Below the pieces are notes generated by a model. It was not told where the DNA came from, ran no database searches, and saw nothing but the letters and a program-made list of their open reading frames with translations. The position numbers were made by a program, and so were the translations under genes. Of a stretch of DNA of 64,000 bases, positions 9,054 through 18,721 are shown one piece after another (the stretch's first letter is position 1; each line of letters starts with the position of its first letter). This DNA is from a virus. The DNA lies in IMG/VR virus record IMGVR_UViG_3300047469_000197, positions 31,131 to 95,130 of that record. One strand, 5' to 3'.

Positions 9054-9257
9054 ATGACGATCACGGCAACACTCCCCGTAATAGAAGATGTAAATTGCGC
9101 CATAACCAAACTTCACATTGATGTGTGCCGACCTGGTGCCGTCTCCATTCTTGTAAAACACTTCTCCATCGTGTGCGGGACTGTACGCATGTCCAGTGAA
9201 AACCGTCGTGCCTTTAGAAATGCGCTGAGAAAAGTCTGTAATAGTGCAATAAACTAA
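9054..9257 (+). CDS. coi: Coi-like C1 inactivator
   Basis: 67 aa directly upstream of c1; PVIEDV..LHID..KHFS..RMS pattern resembles P1 Coi as recalled. Confidence 0.55.
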   Translation: MTITATLPVIEDVNCAITKLHIDVCRPGAVSILVKHFSIVCGTVRMSSENRRAFRNALRKVCNSAIN

Positions 9258-9368
9258 TAAAAAATTGTCAGCTACTGTCCTTTTGGTCGATTTAACCCTG
9301 GAAATATACTAATTTACTCCTTAGTTTAAGGCGTGCACGTTGCGCGCCTTGCTTGGAGAGTAATCAGT

Positions 9369-10235
9369 ATGCATGACATCAGAAAGGCTGAGATCTTGTA
9401 TCAGGAATTCATTGAATTCCGGGACGCGTTTCTTACTAAAGCCCTATTAGAATCCGCAGCACACAGCACAAACATGCACGGGCAGAAATTCCGCCCCGTG
9501 GTTCAGGTTCCTGAGCGTAAGGCAAATTACTGGCGCGAGCAGATCGCCAAGTGGAATGAGTACGCCGAACAGCTACGCCAGTATCCTGAGCTAGGCATTG
9601 AGAAATCCCTTTATGAGCCAGCCCCGAAGTACATCGAGGGAGCTAACCGCGTTCGTGTAAACGTTGTCCCGGCCATCACTTCGAAGAAGATTAGCCGTGA
9701 GGACGTTATCGATAAGATCAAGTCCACGATCGAGCAGTTCAAGGGCACAGAAGATACTAAACAATTCATTCAGAGCCTTGAAACCCAGCTGGAATTACTC
9801 AGCAGCCTTCCGCCGAAAACAGCGCTGCGCTTGCGCCGTGGCGGGTATGAGGATTTGATCTGCACCTACAACACAACGGTTGAAAAGAAACTCATGGAAC
9901 GCGTCACCGCGAACGGCGTTTTCTTTGATGATCGCGTGCTGCGTTATGGCCTGAAGCTCGGCGAAAAGAGCGCGAACGGTCGCACCTCTATCTATGACAA
10001 CGTGCAGCCTCTGCCTATCACCGTCTATAAAGATTCCAAAATCTACCTGATTTCGGATATCGAACGCGCTACCGCTGAAGTCCGTAACCCGGAAGTGGCC
10101 AAGGCCCGCACCCGTGAGTCATGGAACCGCGCCAACAGCAAACGCCGCGCCGGTACGGAGAAGAAAGCCGCTGCCGTCAAAGGTGCTGGCAATGCCGCCG
10201 GTGAAGTGAATCCAGCTGGTGGAGACACAGAATAA
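9369..10235 (+). CDS. c1: C1 primary repressor
   Basis: LYQEFIEFRDAFLTKA, RPVVQVP, QYPELGIEK, SIYDNVQP, KIYLISDIE match P1 C1; convergent with pacB; GGAG RBS before ATG 9369. Confidence 0.88.
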   Translation: MHDIRKAEILYQEFIEFRDAFLTKALLESAAHSTNMHGQKFRPVVQVPERKANYWREQIAKWNEYAEQLRQYPELGIEKSLYEPAPKYIEGANRVRVNVVPAITSKKISREDVIDKIKSTIEQFKGTEDTKQFIQSLETQLELLSSLPPKTALRLRRGGYEDLICTYNTTVEKKLMERVTANGVFFDDRVLRYGLKLGEKSANGRTSIYDNVQPLPITVYKDSKIYLISDIERATAEVRNPEVAKARTRESWNRANSKRRAGTEKKAAAVKGAGNAAGEVNPAGGDTE

Positions 10236-10259
10236 CCCTCCACCAGCCCGGAGGGTTTG

Positions 10260-11759
10260 TTAGTCCTTGAGCCAGTCCAGCGCCTCATTACGGCGGCTCT
10301 CATCGGCCCTGCTGATCACCTCGTTCGCCGGGATGTAATCTGCCAGTTGAGTAAAGCAGAAGGTATCCCAGTGATCGGGCGATTTCAGGTTAAGCTTCGC
10401 CCTCATCTGCTCTTTAGGCATGCACACCCATTGGCCTGCCTCATTGAGAAATACCGGGATTTTGCTCGCCTGGTCAGTGGTTTTCCCGCCCTTATCAAAT
10501 TTCATACGGCCCTGTCGCACGGCGTTGGCCGCATAGACGTTTGCATATGCACGCTGGTTGATGAACCGCTTACGCAGCTCTTTGTTGTGAAGCGGGAAGC
10601 CCCATCGGATGCGCTGCGCAATCACGCCGTGCTTCTCTTCCAGTACGTCCGCCGTTGTGGCACCCACGCCATCTCCATCGATAACAATCGTGATGTTCGG
10701 GTACACCTCCGGATCACATTCGCTGTAGATGTAGTCCGCGAAACGTGACGGGGTCACGGTGGATTCCATTTCCAGCACCTTAAATGGCACCACGCGCCGG
10801 TGTTTTCCGTAGCCACTGATGCGGAATATTGAGAGTACCGACTTATCGCGACCGTTACCCACGTCGCAGCACGCCACCCAGCCCCAGCCCTTAGCCAGGT
10901 ATACATTACGCCGCATTGCGCGATCGCAGTCGTCACGGCCCAGCAGGAAGCCGGATATGGAGGATGGGAACTCACCGCGCACCTTGATGAGGTATTCCGG
11001 ATTCTCCCGCCCGCCGTAGTCCACCAGCTTTTCCCGGATGAACTGCAGCGTAACCAGTGGCGACTCTTCGCTGTTGAGGCGGATCGCCCTATAGATGCCG
11101 TTCGGGTTCTCCGGAGTGACAGCCAGGCGGTGATGTGAGTCATAAAACTCCCCGCTGGTCCGCGTGGGCTGCGAGATGAGCAACAGGCGGTTATCTTCCT
11201 GCGTCAATGCGCCCTTGATGAAGCCAAACGCCTTATCTGATACGCCGGATGCCTCATCGATAATGTAAAGCAGGTGTTCGGCGTGTTCGCCGGCTAGCGC
11301 TTCTTCGTTACCCAAGCGGAAGCCTTTGGGCACCACTTCCCATGCACCCTTAGACTCGGTGGCGAAAAACATCATGTCCGTGAGCGTGAAGTACTGATTC
11401 AGCCACGGGAAGCGCTTAAGGCAGACTTTCCAGTTTTCACGGAGGTACTTGAATATCCCCGTCTTAACCTGCTGCAGCTTGTTCGCCACGATAATGACGC
11501 GGGCGCCGGGGAAGAACAGCATGTAGCAGAGAATCATGATTGAGGTCATATCTGACTTTCCGGTACCGTGTCCGGAGGCGACCGTGGTCTTACTGCCTCC
11601 TTCCTGTACGGCCTCAATAATCATTTCCTGCTGCCATGTCGGGATCTTGCCAAACATCACTTCTGCGGCGCTGATCCAGTCGTATCGGTACAACAGAACC
11701 AGCTCCTGCCAGCGCGGGTCATCTAATACCGAGCGCTTAGCCTTATTGCTGGTGGCCAT
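10260..11759 (-). CDS. pacB: Terminase large subunit PacB
   Basis: Walker A SGHGTGKS, Walker B YIIDEASG, nuclease [11 protein letters not shown] and KSPDHWD. Confidence 0.95.
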   Translation of the reverse strand: MATSNKAKRSVLDDPRWQELVLLYRYDWISAAEVMFGKIPTWQQEMIIEAVQEGGSKTTVASGHGTGKSDMTSIMILCYMLFFPGARVIIVANKLQQVKTGIFKYLRENWKVCLKRFPWLNQYFTLTDMMFFATESKGAWEVVPKGFRLGNEEALAGEHAEHLLYIIDEASGVSDKAFGFIKGALTQEDNRLLLISQPTRTSGEFYDSHHRLAVTPENPNGIYRAIRLNSEESPLVTLQFIREKLVDYGGRENPEYLIKVRGEFPSSISGFLLGRDDCDRAMRRNVYLAKGWGWVACCDVGNGRDKSVLSIFRISGYGKHRRVVPFKVLEMESTVTPSRFADYIYSECDPEVYPNITIVIDGDGVGATTADVLEEKHGVIAQRIRWGFPLHNKELRKRFINQRAYANVYAANAVRQGRMKFDKGGKTTDQASKIPVFLNEAGQWVCMPKEQMRAKLNLKSPDHWDTFCFTQLADYIPANEVISRADESRRNEALDWLKD

Positions 11760-12972
11760 CGTCTACATCTCCATACAGATGGTTGTTAATCTCTTCGTCC
11801 GGCTCTTCACCATCAGCAAAGTCCGGCATCAGGTTCAGGTCATTCAGTGAGCCGTCAGCGGACACGTCACCCGCCCCCATGTCGTCCACAATCACGTTGA
11901 CGGCTTCCCGCTTCTCGGCCAGCGTGATTTCTAACTCGGCCATACGTGTGGCGCGCTGCTCACGTGCGCGGCGATCCAGCTCTGCCAGGTCAACAGGCTG
12001 TGAGTTAATGTCTTCTCCTGCCCCTTCTTTCATCTCTGCGCGGGCCAACTCCAGCAGCAGAGAAGGAACTTTGAAGCCGTTCGCCTCGATGTAGATGGCT
12101 GTTTCCATGGCGGTCCACTTCTCTGCCTTGCGGCGTGCGTAAGCCTCCATCACACGCTCTGGCTCTGAGAGTTTGCGCAGGTGGAGCTGCTGTTCGCGTT
12201 GGTCTTTGGAATAGCTCTGGCGGAGTCCGGCCATGGTGCGGGCGGTATCGTTGATGCTGGCTGCGGCTGCAGCGAGAACGGAAACGGCTTTGTTGATGGT
12301 GGGCGGCTCATCCTCGCCGGGTACGTGTTCTTCCAGGTGGGCGAGCATTTCAGTAACCGCGCGCTCAAGGGCAAACTGATTAACGAGGGCGCTGCGTATC
12401 ATTCTCGCCTCAATGTCATCGACACCGGCGCGGCTCATCAGCGCCTCGGCTTCCGCGAGATCGTTGTCGTCCGGGACGAGGGCACCAACCAACACCTGGC
12501 CGCCAGCTTTACTCTGATCACCGGCGCGCCCCGACTTGGTCTTTTTGCCGACAACATCCATCAATTGTCCCGTGAGCACACTCGCGGGCGTTTCAGCACC
12601 GGGGGCCGTGTCGCGTGCCTTGGCGGCGCGCACCTGCTCACTTAACGCATTGATTTTACTGGCGGTGGTTTCCCGCTCGCCCACTGAGGTTTGATCACGC
12701 TTGTGATCAGTTTTGCTTTTGCGATCAATTGATCGCGGAGGTGTTTTTGATCGCGAAACTGATCGCGGGGCTGTTTTGGAGGCAGATTTAGCTCCCACCT
12801 GACTGGTTCCCACGCCCAGGTTACGGCGGGCTGTGCCGTGATTTAAATCATATAAATCAGCATATTCCTTTATCGTAACGTCCTGCTTCTGCCTCATCTG
12901 GGCTAGGCGTTCTCTGTGTTCATTCCAGTCCGTTTTCACTTCGCGATCACCGTCTATTACTACGTTGATCAC
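11743..12972 (-). CDS. pacA: Terminase small subunit PacA
   Basis: N-terminal HTH ([18 protein letters not shown]), acidic C-terminus, overlaps pacB, internal GATC cluster. Confidence 0.85.
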   Translation of the reverse strand: MINVVIDGDREVKTDWNEHRERLAQMRQKQDVTIKEYADLYDLNHGTARRNLGVGTSQVGAKSASKTAPRSVSRSKTPPRSIDRKSKTDHKRDQTSVGERETTASKINALSEQVRAAKARDTAPGAETPASVLTGQLMDVVGKKTKSGRAGDQSKAGGQVLVGALVPDDNDLAEAEALMSRAGVDDIEARMIRSALVNQFALERAVTEMLAHLEEHVPGEDEPPTINKAVSVLAAAAASINDTARTMAGLRQSYSKDQREQQLHLRKLSEPERVMEAYARRKAEKWTAMETAIYIEANGFKVPSLLLELARAEMKEGAGEDINSQPVDLAELDRRAREQRATRMAELEITLAEKREAVNVIVDDMGAGDVSADGSLNDLNLMPDFADGEEPDEEINNHLYGDVDDGHQQ

Positions 12973-13030
12973 CGATTCTATTGATCGTTACATCTGCCGT
13001 GATCAAGGTTTTCTCGCACCCGGTGATCAC
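12692..13030. other. Putative pac site: two clusters of (T/C)GATC(A/G) hexamers
   Basis: Six GATC hexamers at 12692-12775 and five at 12944-13030 at the 5' end of pacA, like the Dam-dependent P1 pac. Confidence 0.7.
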
Positions 13031-13157
13031 GTTCTCGCCATTTGTCGGACGAATTACCGTTATTTTGTTGCAATTTACCCGACATTTCGTAAGATGAACC
13101 CGCAACAATCAATCAATCACTTATGTAATTCGCTTAAAAGTTAGGGAAAATTTAGAT

Positions 13158-14264
13158 ATGACTAAAAGTGCACAAACCCCTGTTTTCGTTGCTGTCGATG
13201 GTGGCTCAGGCAATATCGCAGTGCGTTACACCGACGATCAGGGCAATGACGTCTTCAAAATTTCACCGTCACTCATTCGCCGTGGCCTGCTTCAGCAGGG
13301 TACGCAAGAATCTACTTCGACGTGGTTGACCGCCGATGGTGCGCTGTTCTCGGTTGTTGACGATGGCACCAGCATGGAGCTGGAGAACACCTGTGACACC
13401 ATTTACCAGCTGTCTGCGCAAAACCGCGTCCTGGTGCTGGATGCACTGGTTAAAGCGGGCCTGAGCGGTCGTGACGTGGTTATCGCCGATACGCTGCCTG
13501 CCGATCAGTTCTATGGCGACAACGGCATTAACTACGCCCGCATTGAGGAAAAGAAAAAGAACCTCATGCAGCCGATCACCAGCTACACCGGTGCCATTAA
13601 GCCGCCGCGCGTTATCCACTCGGTGATCATGCCGGAAGCCGTTACCGCTTACGTCAGCGCCAGCGTCAGCCCGGACGGCACGCTCAACCCTGCGTTCGAA
13701 GGCGTGACGCGCTGCATCATTGTTGACCTTGGCCGCTTCACCTGCGATATCGCCGTGGTAAACAGCTCGCTTGACGTCCTGAACCGCATCACCACCGAGC
13801 ACGGTATTCACGTGATGGTTCAGCGCCTCTATCACCTCATCCAGCTGCATGAGAAGGAGCTGGGCCTGAGTGAGTCCAAAGAGCTTAATATGGCGTCTAT
13901 GGATGGCTTCATTGAGCGCGGCTACATTGGTTCACAGGCAAAAGCCCGCGAAGCACACCGTAAAGATATCCGCCCTCTGATTTTGCAGGCGGCGCAAGAG
14001 CTGGCTGAACAGATTAAGAGTGACATCCGCGCGGTGACGCACGGTTTCGCTGATGATATCGATATGCTGCTGTTTGTTGGCGGCGGGGCTAACTGGCTGG
14101 GCGGTGCGCTCGAGTTCGTTGGCGATCTGAGCAGTGACTGGCACGACTACACCCATATTCCGGCTCACCCGGAGCGGGCTGTCGTTGATGGTGCATTCCT
14201 CATGCTGGAGCAGCGTAAGGCGCACATCATGGCCGAGCTCACGAAGCCCGTAACGGAGGCGTGA
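13158..14264 (+). CDS. parM: ParM/StbA actin-like partition ATPase
   Basis: VAVDGGSGNI, MPEAV, IVDLGRFTCD, FVGGGA actin-fold motifs. Confidence 0.9.
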   Translation: MTKSAQTPVFVAVDGGSGNIAVRYTDDQGNDVFKISPSLIRRGLLQQGTQESTSTWLTADGALFSVVDDGTSMELENTCDTIYQLSAQNRVLVLDALVKAGLSGRDVVIADTLPADQFYGDNGINYARIEEKKKNLMQPITSYTGAIKPPRVIHSVIMPEAVTAYVSASVSPDGTLNPAFEGVTRCIIVDLGRFTCDIAVVNSSLDVLNRITTEHGIHVMVQRLYHLIQLHEKELGLSESKELNMASMDGFIERGYIGSQAKAREAHRKDIRPLILQAAQELAEQIKSDIRAVTHGFADDIDMLLFVGGGANWLGGALEFVGDLSSDWHDYTHIPAHPERAVVDGAFLMLEQRKAHIMAELTKPVTEA

Positions 14265-14265
14265 T

Positions 14266-14754
14266 ATGGCAGAGAATGACGCCCGCAAACGTGATGCTTT
14301 AACGTTTTCTATCACCGCCCAGGTGCGAAAATCAGCGGCTTCATGCCGTTTTGTAGATGAATTTCGTGCATCGGGAGAACACGCCGAAAAGCGTGCCAAA
14401 GTGATTGCGGCGCTGCGTTCTGGTCAGATGCTTGAAGAGGCTGGCTTAGAGCCAGTCCTCGCATTCCTGGACACGGAAGGGTTTGAAAACCTGAATGTGA
14501 GAGAGCGTCAGCTGCTTGTGCTGGCGCGATTGCAGGATTTTATGGGGGTTAATCCCCATACTGCACCCGTTGCCGTCCCGGTGGAGGTTGTCGCACAACC
14601 ACCATCAGCCCAGGAACAGCAGGCAGAAGAGCCAGAAACTCAGCAGCAGGCCACATCCGAAAAACCGGATGAAAAGCCACCAGCTGAACCACCAGTTGCA
14701 GATAAGAAGCCCAATCCGATGCTTGCTAATTTCGCCAGCAAGCTATCTGGCTAA
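14266..14754 (+). CDS. ParR-like centromere-binding adaptor
   Basis: Directly after parM; structured N-terminus, Pro/Glu/Gln-rich linker, short helical tail. Confidence 0.65.
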   Translation: MAENDARKRDALTFSITAQVRKSAASCRFVDEFRASGEHAEKRAKVIAALRSGQMLEEAGLEPVLAFLDTEGFENLNVRERQLLVLARLQDFMGVNPHTAPVAVPVEVVAQPPSAQEQQAEEPETQQQATSEKPDEKPPAEPPVADKKPNPMLANFASKLSG

Positions 14755-15132
14755 TCGTGATCGTCCCATCAGTGAAAGGGCAAGGCGTAATATTTCGCTC
14801 TCTGCCCTTTCCTTCTCATCATCGCTCATCAGCATTACCGTCCGCCGCCTTGGGTCGATCCGTTCCGGATTGCGACAGCGCTTAAAAAAGGCATCATCCA
14901 GGTGCTTGAGGTGGAAGGTTCGCGGCCTGACAGTATCATCAACAATACAGTCCGAATTATGCGATTTCGCGATAGACAGCATACGTAAGTACACTTCGCT
15001 AACCGACGAACGGTATTGTGGATAACGCTTTTTCAACCCTTCTGTAACCTCTCTGGCGCTGGCTGGTCTGCCATGCTCAATGAGGTACTGCGAAATCTCC
15101 CACGATGTAAATCTCTTGTGCTCGGCTGCCAA
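14743..15132 (-). CDS. lpa: Late promoter activator Lpa
   Basis: RFTSWEISQY, VYLRMLSIAKS, VDDTVRPRTF, MSDDEKER match P1 Lpa; upstream of pacA. Confidence 0.85.
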   Translation of the reverse strand: MAAEHKRFTSWEISQYLIEHGRPASAREVTEGLKKRYPQYRSSVSEVYLRMLSIAKSHNSDCIVDDTVRPRTFHLKHLDDAFFKRCRNPERIDPRRRTVMLMSDDEKERAESEILRLALSLMGRSRLAR

Positions 15133-15350
15133 AGGCTACCCCGTCATAAGATTTCAGTTCGTGTGGGTTTAGCGGCTACCTAAGAATAAGGCGCGGTTAA
15201 GCGCCTTAAGGGACAAAATGGTAGTTATACGCTCAGATAATGCTAAAGCTGCTTTGCATGCACTCACGATTAAACAGCAAGGAGGATAAGCGCATGGAAA
15301 ACAGCCTCAACGTGAACGCGGCCAGGCTCGCGCTCGGAAGGGATTCTATA

Positions 15351-15367
15351 ACATAAGATACTAAATT
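15351..15367 (+). promoter_or_regulatory. C1-type operator (consensus copy) upstream of lpa
   Basis: ACATAAGATACTAAATT; identical copy at 36219-36235 and about 14 variants elsewhere. Confidence 0.75.
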
Positions 15368-15394
15368 TACAAACTCTCGACGCCAGCGTGATTG

Positions 15395-15889
15395 TTATTT
15401 GACTACGCGCATGAGAGAAACAAACGTTCGGCTGTCATTTGACTCTTCCACCAGCTCGGCCCAGTCATCAGGTGGGTTGCCATCTTCCAGCATTCCCTTA
15501 AAGACGCGGTAAGCATCAGATTTAGAGCCATAGGTGCGTAATGTGGTTTCGTCATTCATCCAGGCCAGAATAATTATCTTGCTCTGTGTGTCGTATCTGA
15601 AGAAGAGGCGATAACGTCCAGCTGCAAACTTTGCCCTGCGCCAGCCCCGATATCCTTCACCCAGCGTGTTCCCCTGACGGTATTCATTCCCGGATGGGTT
15701 AACGGTGATCCCCTCATTAATGACTTTCTTCACAACATCCAAAAGCTTGGTGCAACGCTTGCCCTGGAAAGTGTCCGGGTTTTTCTCTCGCTCTTTCTCG
15801 ACCTGCTCAGTCAAGTTGGTAATCTGCTCTTGAAAGCACGGGTGGAGTAATACGGTCCACCCGTTTATTTTTTCTGACTCTGGGGTCAT
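15395..15889 (-). CDS. yhaV: Type II toxin YhaV
   Basis: INGWTVLLHPCF, YRQGNTLG..WRRAKF, RYRLFFRY, AWMNDETTLRTYGSKSDAY. Confidence 0.93.
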   Translation of the reverse strand: MTPESEKINGWTVLLHPCFQEQITNLTEQVEKEREKNPDTFQGKRCTKLLDVVKKVINEGITVNPSGNEYRQGNTLGEGYRGWRRAKFAAGRYRLFFRYDTQSKIIILAWMNDETTLRTYGSKSDAYRVFKGMLEDGNPPDDWAELVEESNDSRTFVSLMRVVK

Positions 15890-16257
15890 TAGTCGTCGTC
15901 CGTTAGTTCCGCGTCTATATCGGTGTCCATGCCAGCAGTCAGCTCGTTAATACGCGCAAACAATGATGCATCAAGCGGCTTCAGATTTTGAGGGTTGGCC
16001 TCCATATCCTTATCCAGAAAACTCAGGAAGCTTTGGATCACCGGATCCAGGTGCTCTTCTTCTTCCTGCTGACGTGAAAGCATCACTTGGCCACCAGCCA
16101 AAAGTGAATACTCGAGATATTCACCCGGCATGAGGTGGAGCGCATCCCTGACTGCGGGCGGTATGGTTGTTTGACTGCGCTCTGTGAGGCGGGATTGCAC
16201 TCTCAGCGCTACATCAGATTTTAAAATGTTCATAATTTGCTTTTTCCTCACAATCAA
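15889..16257 (-). CDS. prlF: Type II antitoxin PrlF/SohA
   Basis: SRLTERSQTTIPPAVRDALHL, DPVIQSFLSFLDKDM, acidic tail. Confidence 0.9.
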   Translation of the reverse strand: MIVRKKQIMNILKSDVALRVQSRLTERSQTTIPPAVRDALHLMPGEYLEYSLLAGGQVMLSRQQEEEEHLDPVIQSFLSFLDKDMEANPQNLKPLDASLFARINELTAGMDTDIDAELTDDD

Positions 16258-16339
16258 CGCCTCAATAATAATGCACCTGCATTACGAATGCAATTGCATT
16301 CACTGGGGTTAGTTGCGTATTTACCCGGCTTAATTGATA

Positions 16340-16355
16340 CTGTATGAATATACAG
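16340..16355 (+). promoter_or_regulatory. LexA SOS box
   Basis: CTGTATGAATATACAG (CTG-N10-CAG) just upstream of the umuD-like gene. Confidence 0.85.
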
Positions 16356-16365
16356 CTATTCCGGA

Positions 16366-16761
16366 GTGAGTATCATGGGCTTTCCTTCCCCGGCGACCGA
16401 CTACGTCGAACAACGGATCACTATCGACTCTCATGTTCATCTCAATCAGAACACCACTTACATCATGCTGTGCGGCGGGCATTACCCTGAAGTGGGTATT
16501 CTCAAAGGCTCAATGATGGCCGTTGATCGCTCAAGAACACCAGGGCATGGCCATATCGTGGTAGCGACGGTCGGAGGTGAGTTTGTAATGCGCAGGCTGT
16601 TAACCCGGCCATGTATGGCGCTGCAGGAGCTCGGAGGCGTGCAGACGATCCACAACATCAAAGAACCGGCTGATTTTATGGCTGATGATTCGCCCGTTTG
16701 GGGCGTGGTGGCTTACGTAGTGACGGATACAGCGGGGTTGGGGTTCAGGGGGGTTGATTGA
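16366..16761 (+). CDS. UmuD/HumD-like S24-family protein
   Basis: MGFPSPATDYVEQRI, VDRS..PGHGHIVVA..GEF, VWGVV. Confidence 0.85.
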   Translation: MSIMGFPSPATDYVEQRITIDSHVHLNQNTTYIMLCGGHYPEVGILKGSMMAVDRSRTPGHGHIVVATVGGEFVMRRLLTRPCMALQELGGVQTIHNIKEPADFMADDSPVWGVVAYVVTDTAGLGFRGVD

Positions 16762-16804
16762 CGATCCCCTCTCTGTTGAGGGAATCATACTTTAGGCGGT
16801 AATT

Positions 16805-17479
16805 TTAAGCGTTTGATTGAATGCCTGCCGCTCCTGCAACTTGCTTAATGACCACCAGCGCCTGTAAATACTTTCTGCCCCAGATGAAAAAGTCATCTAA
16901 TGGCACCAGGGAGAACAGATCGTATTCTTTATGCGGCCAGCAGCGTTCCAGTAGCCTTACATCGGCCAGTGATGGCGCGCAATCCAGCACTTCCTGGCAA
17001 GCTGCCTTGATTGGCTCAAGCTCTTGACGGACTTCTGGCGGTGCATCCTGGAGATCCTTCTCCCAACAGTGAATCTGCATATGGATAGCCCCCTGAAAGC
17101 TTTCCCAGTCCCATTCGTAACACTCATCAACATCCGCGTTGTTAGAGTGCCTTGCCATTTGGAATGACCAGTAAAGCGGATCGCACCCTATCGTCTCCAC
17201 CAGGTTTATGACGTCAGGCTTTGGCGAGGTGAATGTGTGGGCGATCCTCCTGTTGCCGTCGACAACAGTTAGGGTATGGGGGGATATCGTCACCGTGGCA
17301 AATTCCACATCGGCCAGTACGTCTATTAGCGCAAACTCCTTCATGCTTGGGTAGTTGTGCGCCTGTTTAACTATGAAGCGCGGTGCCGACAGCTCCGCCT
17401 CTAACTCTCTTAATGTCTCTTTGAGCTTACATTCTCGGTGCGTGCCTATCACAACTGGTTCCTCGTGCTGGTGTGTCAT
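16805..17479 (-). CDS. Hypothetical phage protein
   Basis: 224-aa ORF with weak resemblance to 24221..24916. Confidence 0.6.
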   Translation of the reverse strand: MTHQHEEPVVIGTHRECKLKETLRELEAELSAPRFIVKQAHNYPSMKEFALIDVLADVEFATVTISPHTLTVVDGNRRIAHTFTSPKPDVINLVETIGCDPLYWSFQMARHSNNADVDECYEWDWESFQGAIHMQIHCWEKDLQDAPPEVRQELEPIKAACQEVLDCAPSLADVRLLERCWPHKEYDLFSLVPLDDFFIWGRKYLQALVVIKQVAGAAGIQSNA

Positions 17480-17707
17480 TTCACATTATCACCATCCCGG
17501 ATAAATAAAAGAGAGAATTCTGTAAATATCTAATTTAATCAATCTCTTGTAAAGCTGACTTAACACAGCTTGCTCAGCTGGCTTAACAAACCATCACTAT
17601 TGGAAAGTCGACTATCCACAGAGCAGTAAAACTATTTGTGTGGGCCTCGATTTATTAACATTGCTGAAGCTTTTGTTATAATCAGTCCCGAACATTAATC
17701 AACTTGG

Positions 17708-18199
17708 ATGATTACTATGGCTTTGACTTGTAATTTCGCCCTTAACGGCATGCCTATGTCTCTTCTCACCTGTTACGGGATCGGCACGTTCCCGGCATTC
17801 TCTGGTCAGAAGCAGGGGCGTAACAATGCCAGCCTCACTACAGTGAAAAATATTGGCCCTATCCCCCAAGGGCGCTACTACATCGTTGGGCGGGAGTCTG
17901 GCGGGCGACTCGGTGATTTGCGGGAAAGCATATTGAAATATGGTTACGGTACTGACCGCCGAGAATGGTTTGCGCTTTACAGGTCTGACGGCAAAATTGA
18001 TGACTGGACGTTTATAGAGGGAGTTAAACGCGGTAATTTCCGTCTCCACCCGATCGGGCCAATGGGATTAAGTGAAGGGTGTATAACCCTGAACCACATA
18101 ACGGATTTTGAACATCTCCGCCGACAGCTTCTTAGAACAAGTATGATCAATGTGCCCGGCTCTCAGATGAAAGCCTACGGCACAATACAGGTGGATTAA
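17708..18199 (+). CDS. Tlde1/DUF2778 L,D-transpeptidase-fold protein
   Basis: FPAFSG, GPIPQGRYYIV, WFALYR.DG.IDD, RGNFRLHPIGPMGLSEGCIT (catalytic His and Cys). Confidence 0.88.
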   Translation: MITMALTCNFALNGMPMSLLTCYGIGTFPAFSGQKQGRNNASLTTVKNIGPIPQGRYYIVGRESGGRLGDLRESILKYGYGTDRREWFALYRSDGKIDDWTFIEGVKRGNFRLHPIGPMGLSEGCITLNHITDFEHLRRQLLRTSMINVPGSQMKAYGTIQVD

Positions 18200-18438
18200 T
18201 GATGAAAAAATGGAGTTTACGCGTACTGGCTTTCATTGCTCTGCTGATAGTAATGAATTTTGCGGTTGCCTGGGTCGTTCGCCTTACCGCACCAAATTTT
18301 ACCGATACACTTGCTGGCTGGTTTAACAGCTCTGGTGTGGAGGACACGGCAGACCTGTTAATCGACTTCACGTTTCTAAGCGCGTTACTGCTGACAGTTA
18401 TAATTATGGGCTTGCTCAGGTTGCGCCGGAGCCGTTGA
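18199..18438 (+). CDS. Two-TM membrane protein coupled to tlde1
   Basis: TAATG overlap; two hydrophobic helices. Confidence 0.7.
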   Translation: MMKKWSLRVLAFIALLIVMNFAVAWVVRLTAPNFTDTLAGWFNSSGVEDTADLLIDFTFLSALLLTVIIMGLLRLRRSR

Positions 18439-18550
18439 ACCTCTCCGGACTACCATTCAGGGAGGCCCATAGGATCAAATACGACAGGTAGCGGGTCGCC
18501 GGCCAAACGCCGGTGCTCTACGAGAGACTCCCGACGCACCGGCACCGCAG

Positions 18551-18721
18551 TTATCCACGAACCAGAATCCTCCATGCGATGAGCTGCGCGCCCACGGCCA
18601 GCACCAGTAACAGCACAATGCGGCGCTTGCGCTTCTTCCAGCCTTCAAACCGCCATTCAGCCAGCGCCCAGCTCACCAGCGCAGCTACTGCCACCAGCAG
18701 CCACACAACCACCTGTTTCAT
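18551..18721 (-). CDS. 56-aa two-TM protein (not in ORF track)
   Basis: MKQVVVWLLVAVAALVSWALAEWRFEGWKKRKRRIVLLLVLAVGAQLIAWRILVRG; ATGA overlap. Confidence 0.55.
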   Translation of the reverse strand: MKQVVVWLLVAVAALVSWALAEWRFEGWKKRKRRIVLLLVLAVGAQLIAWRILVRG

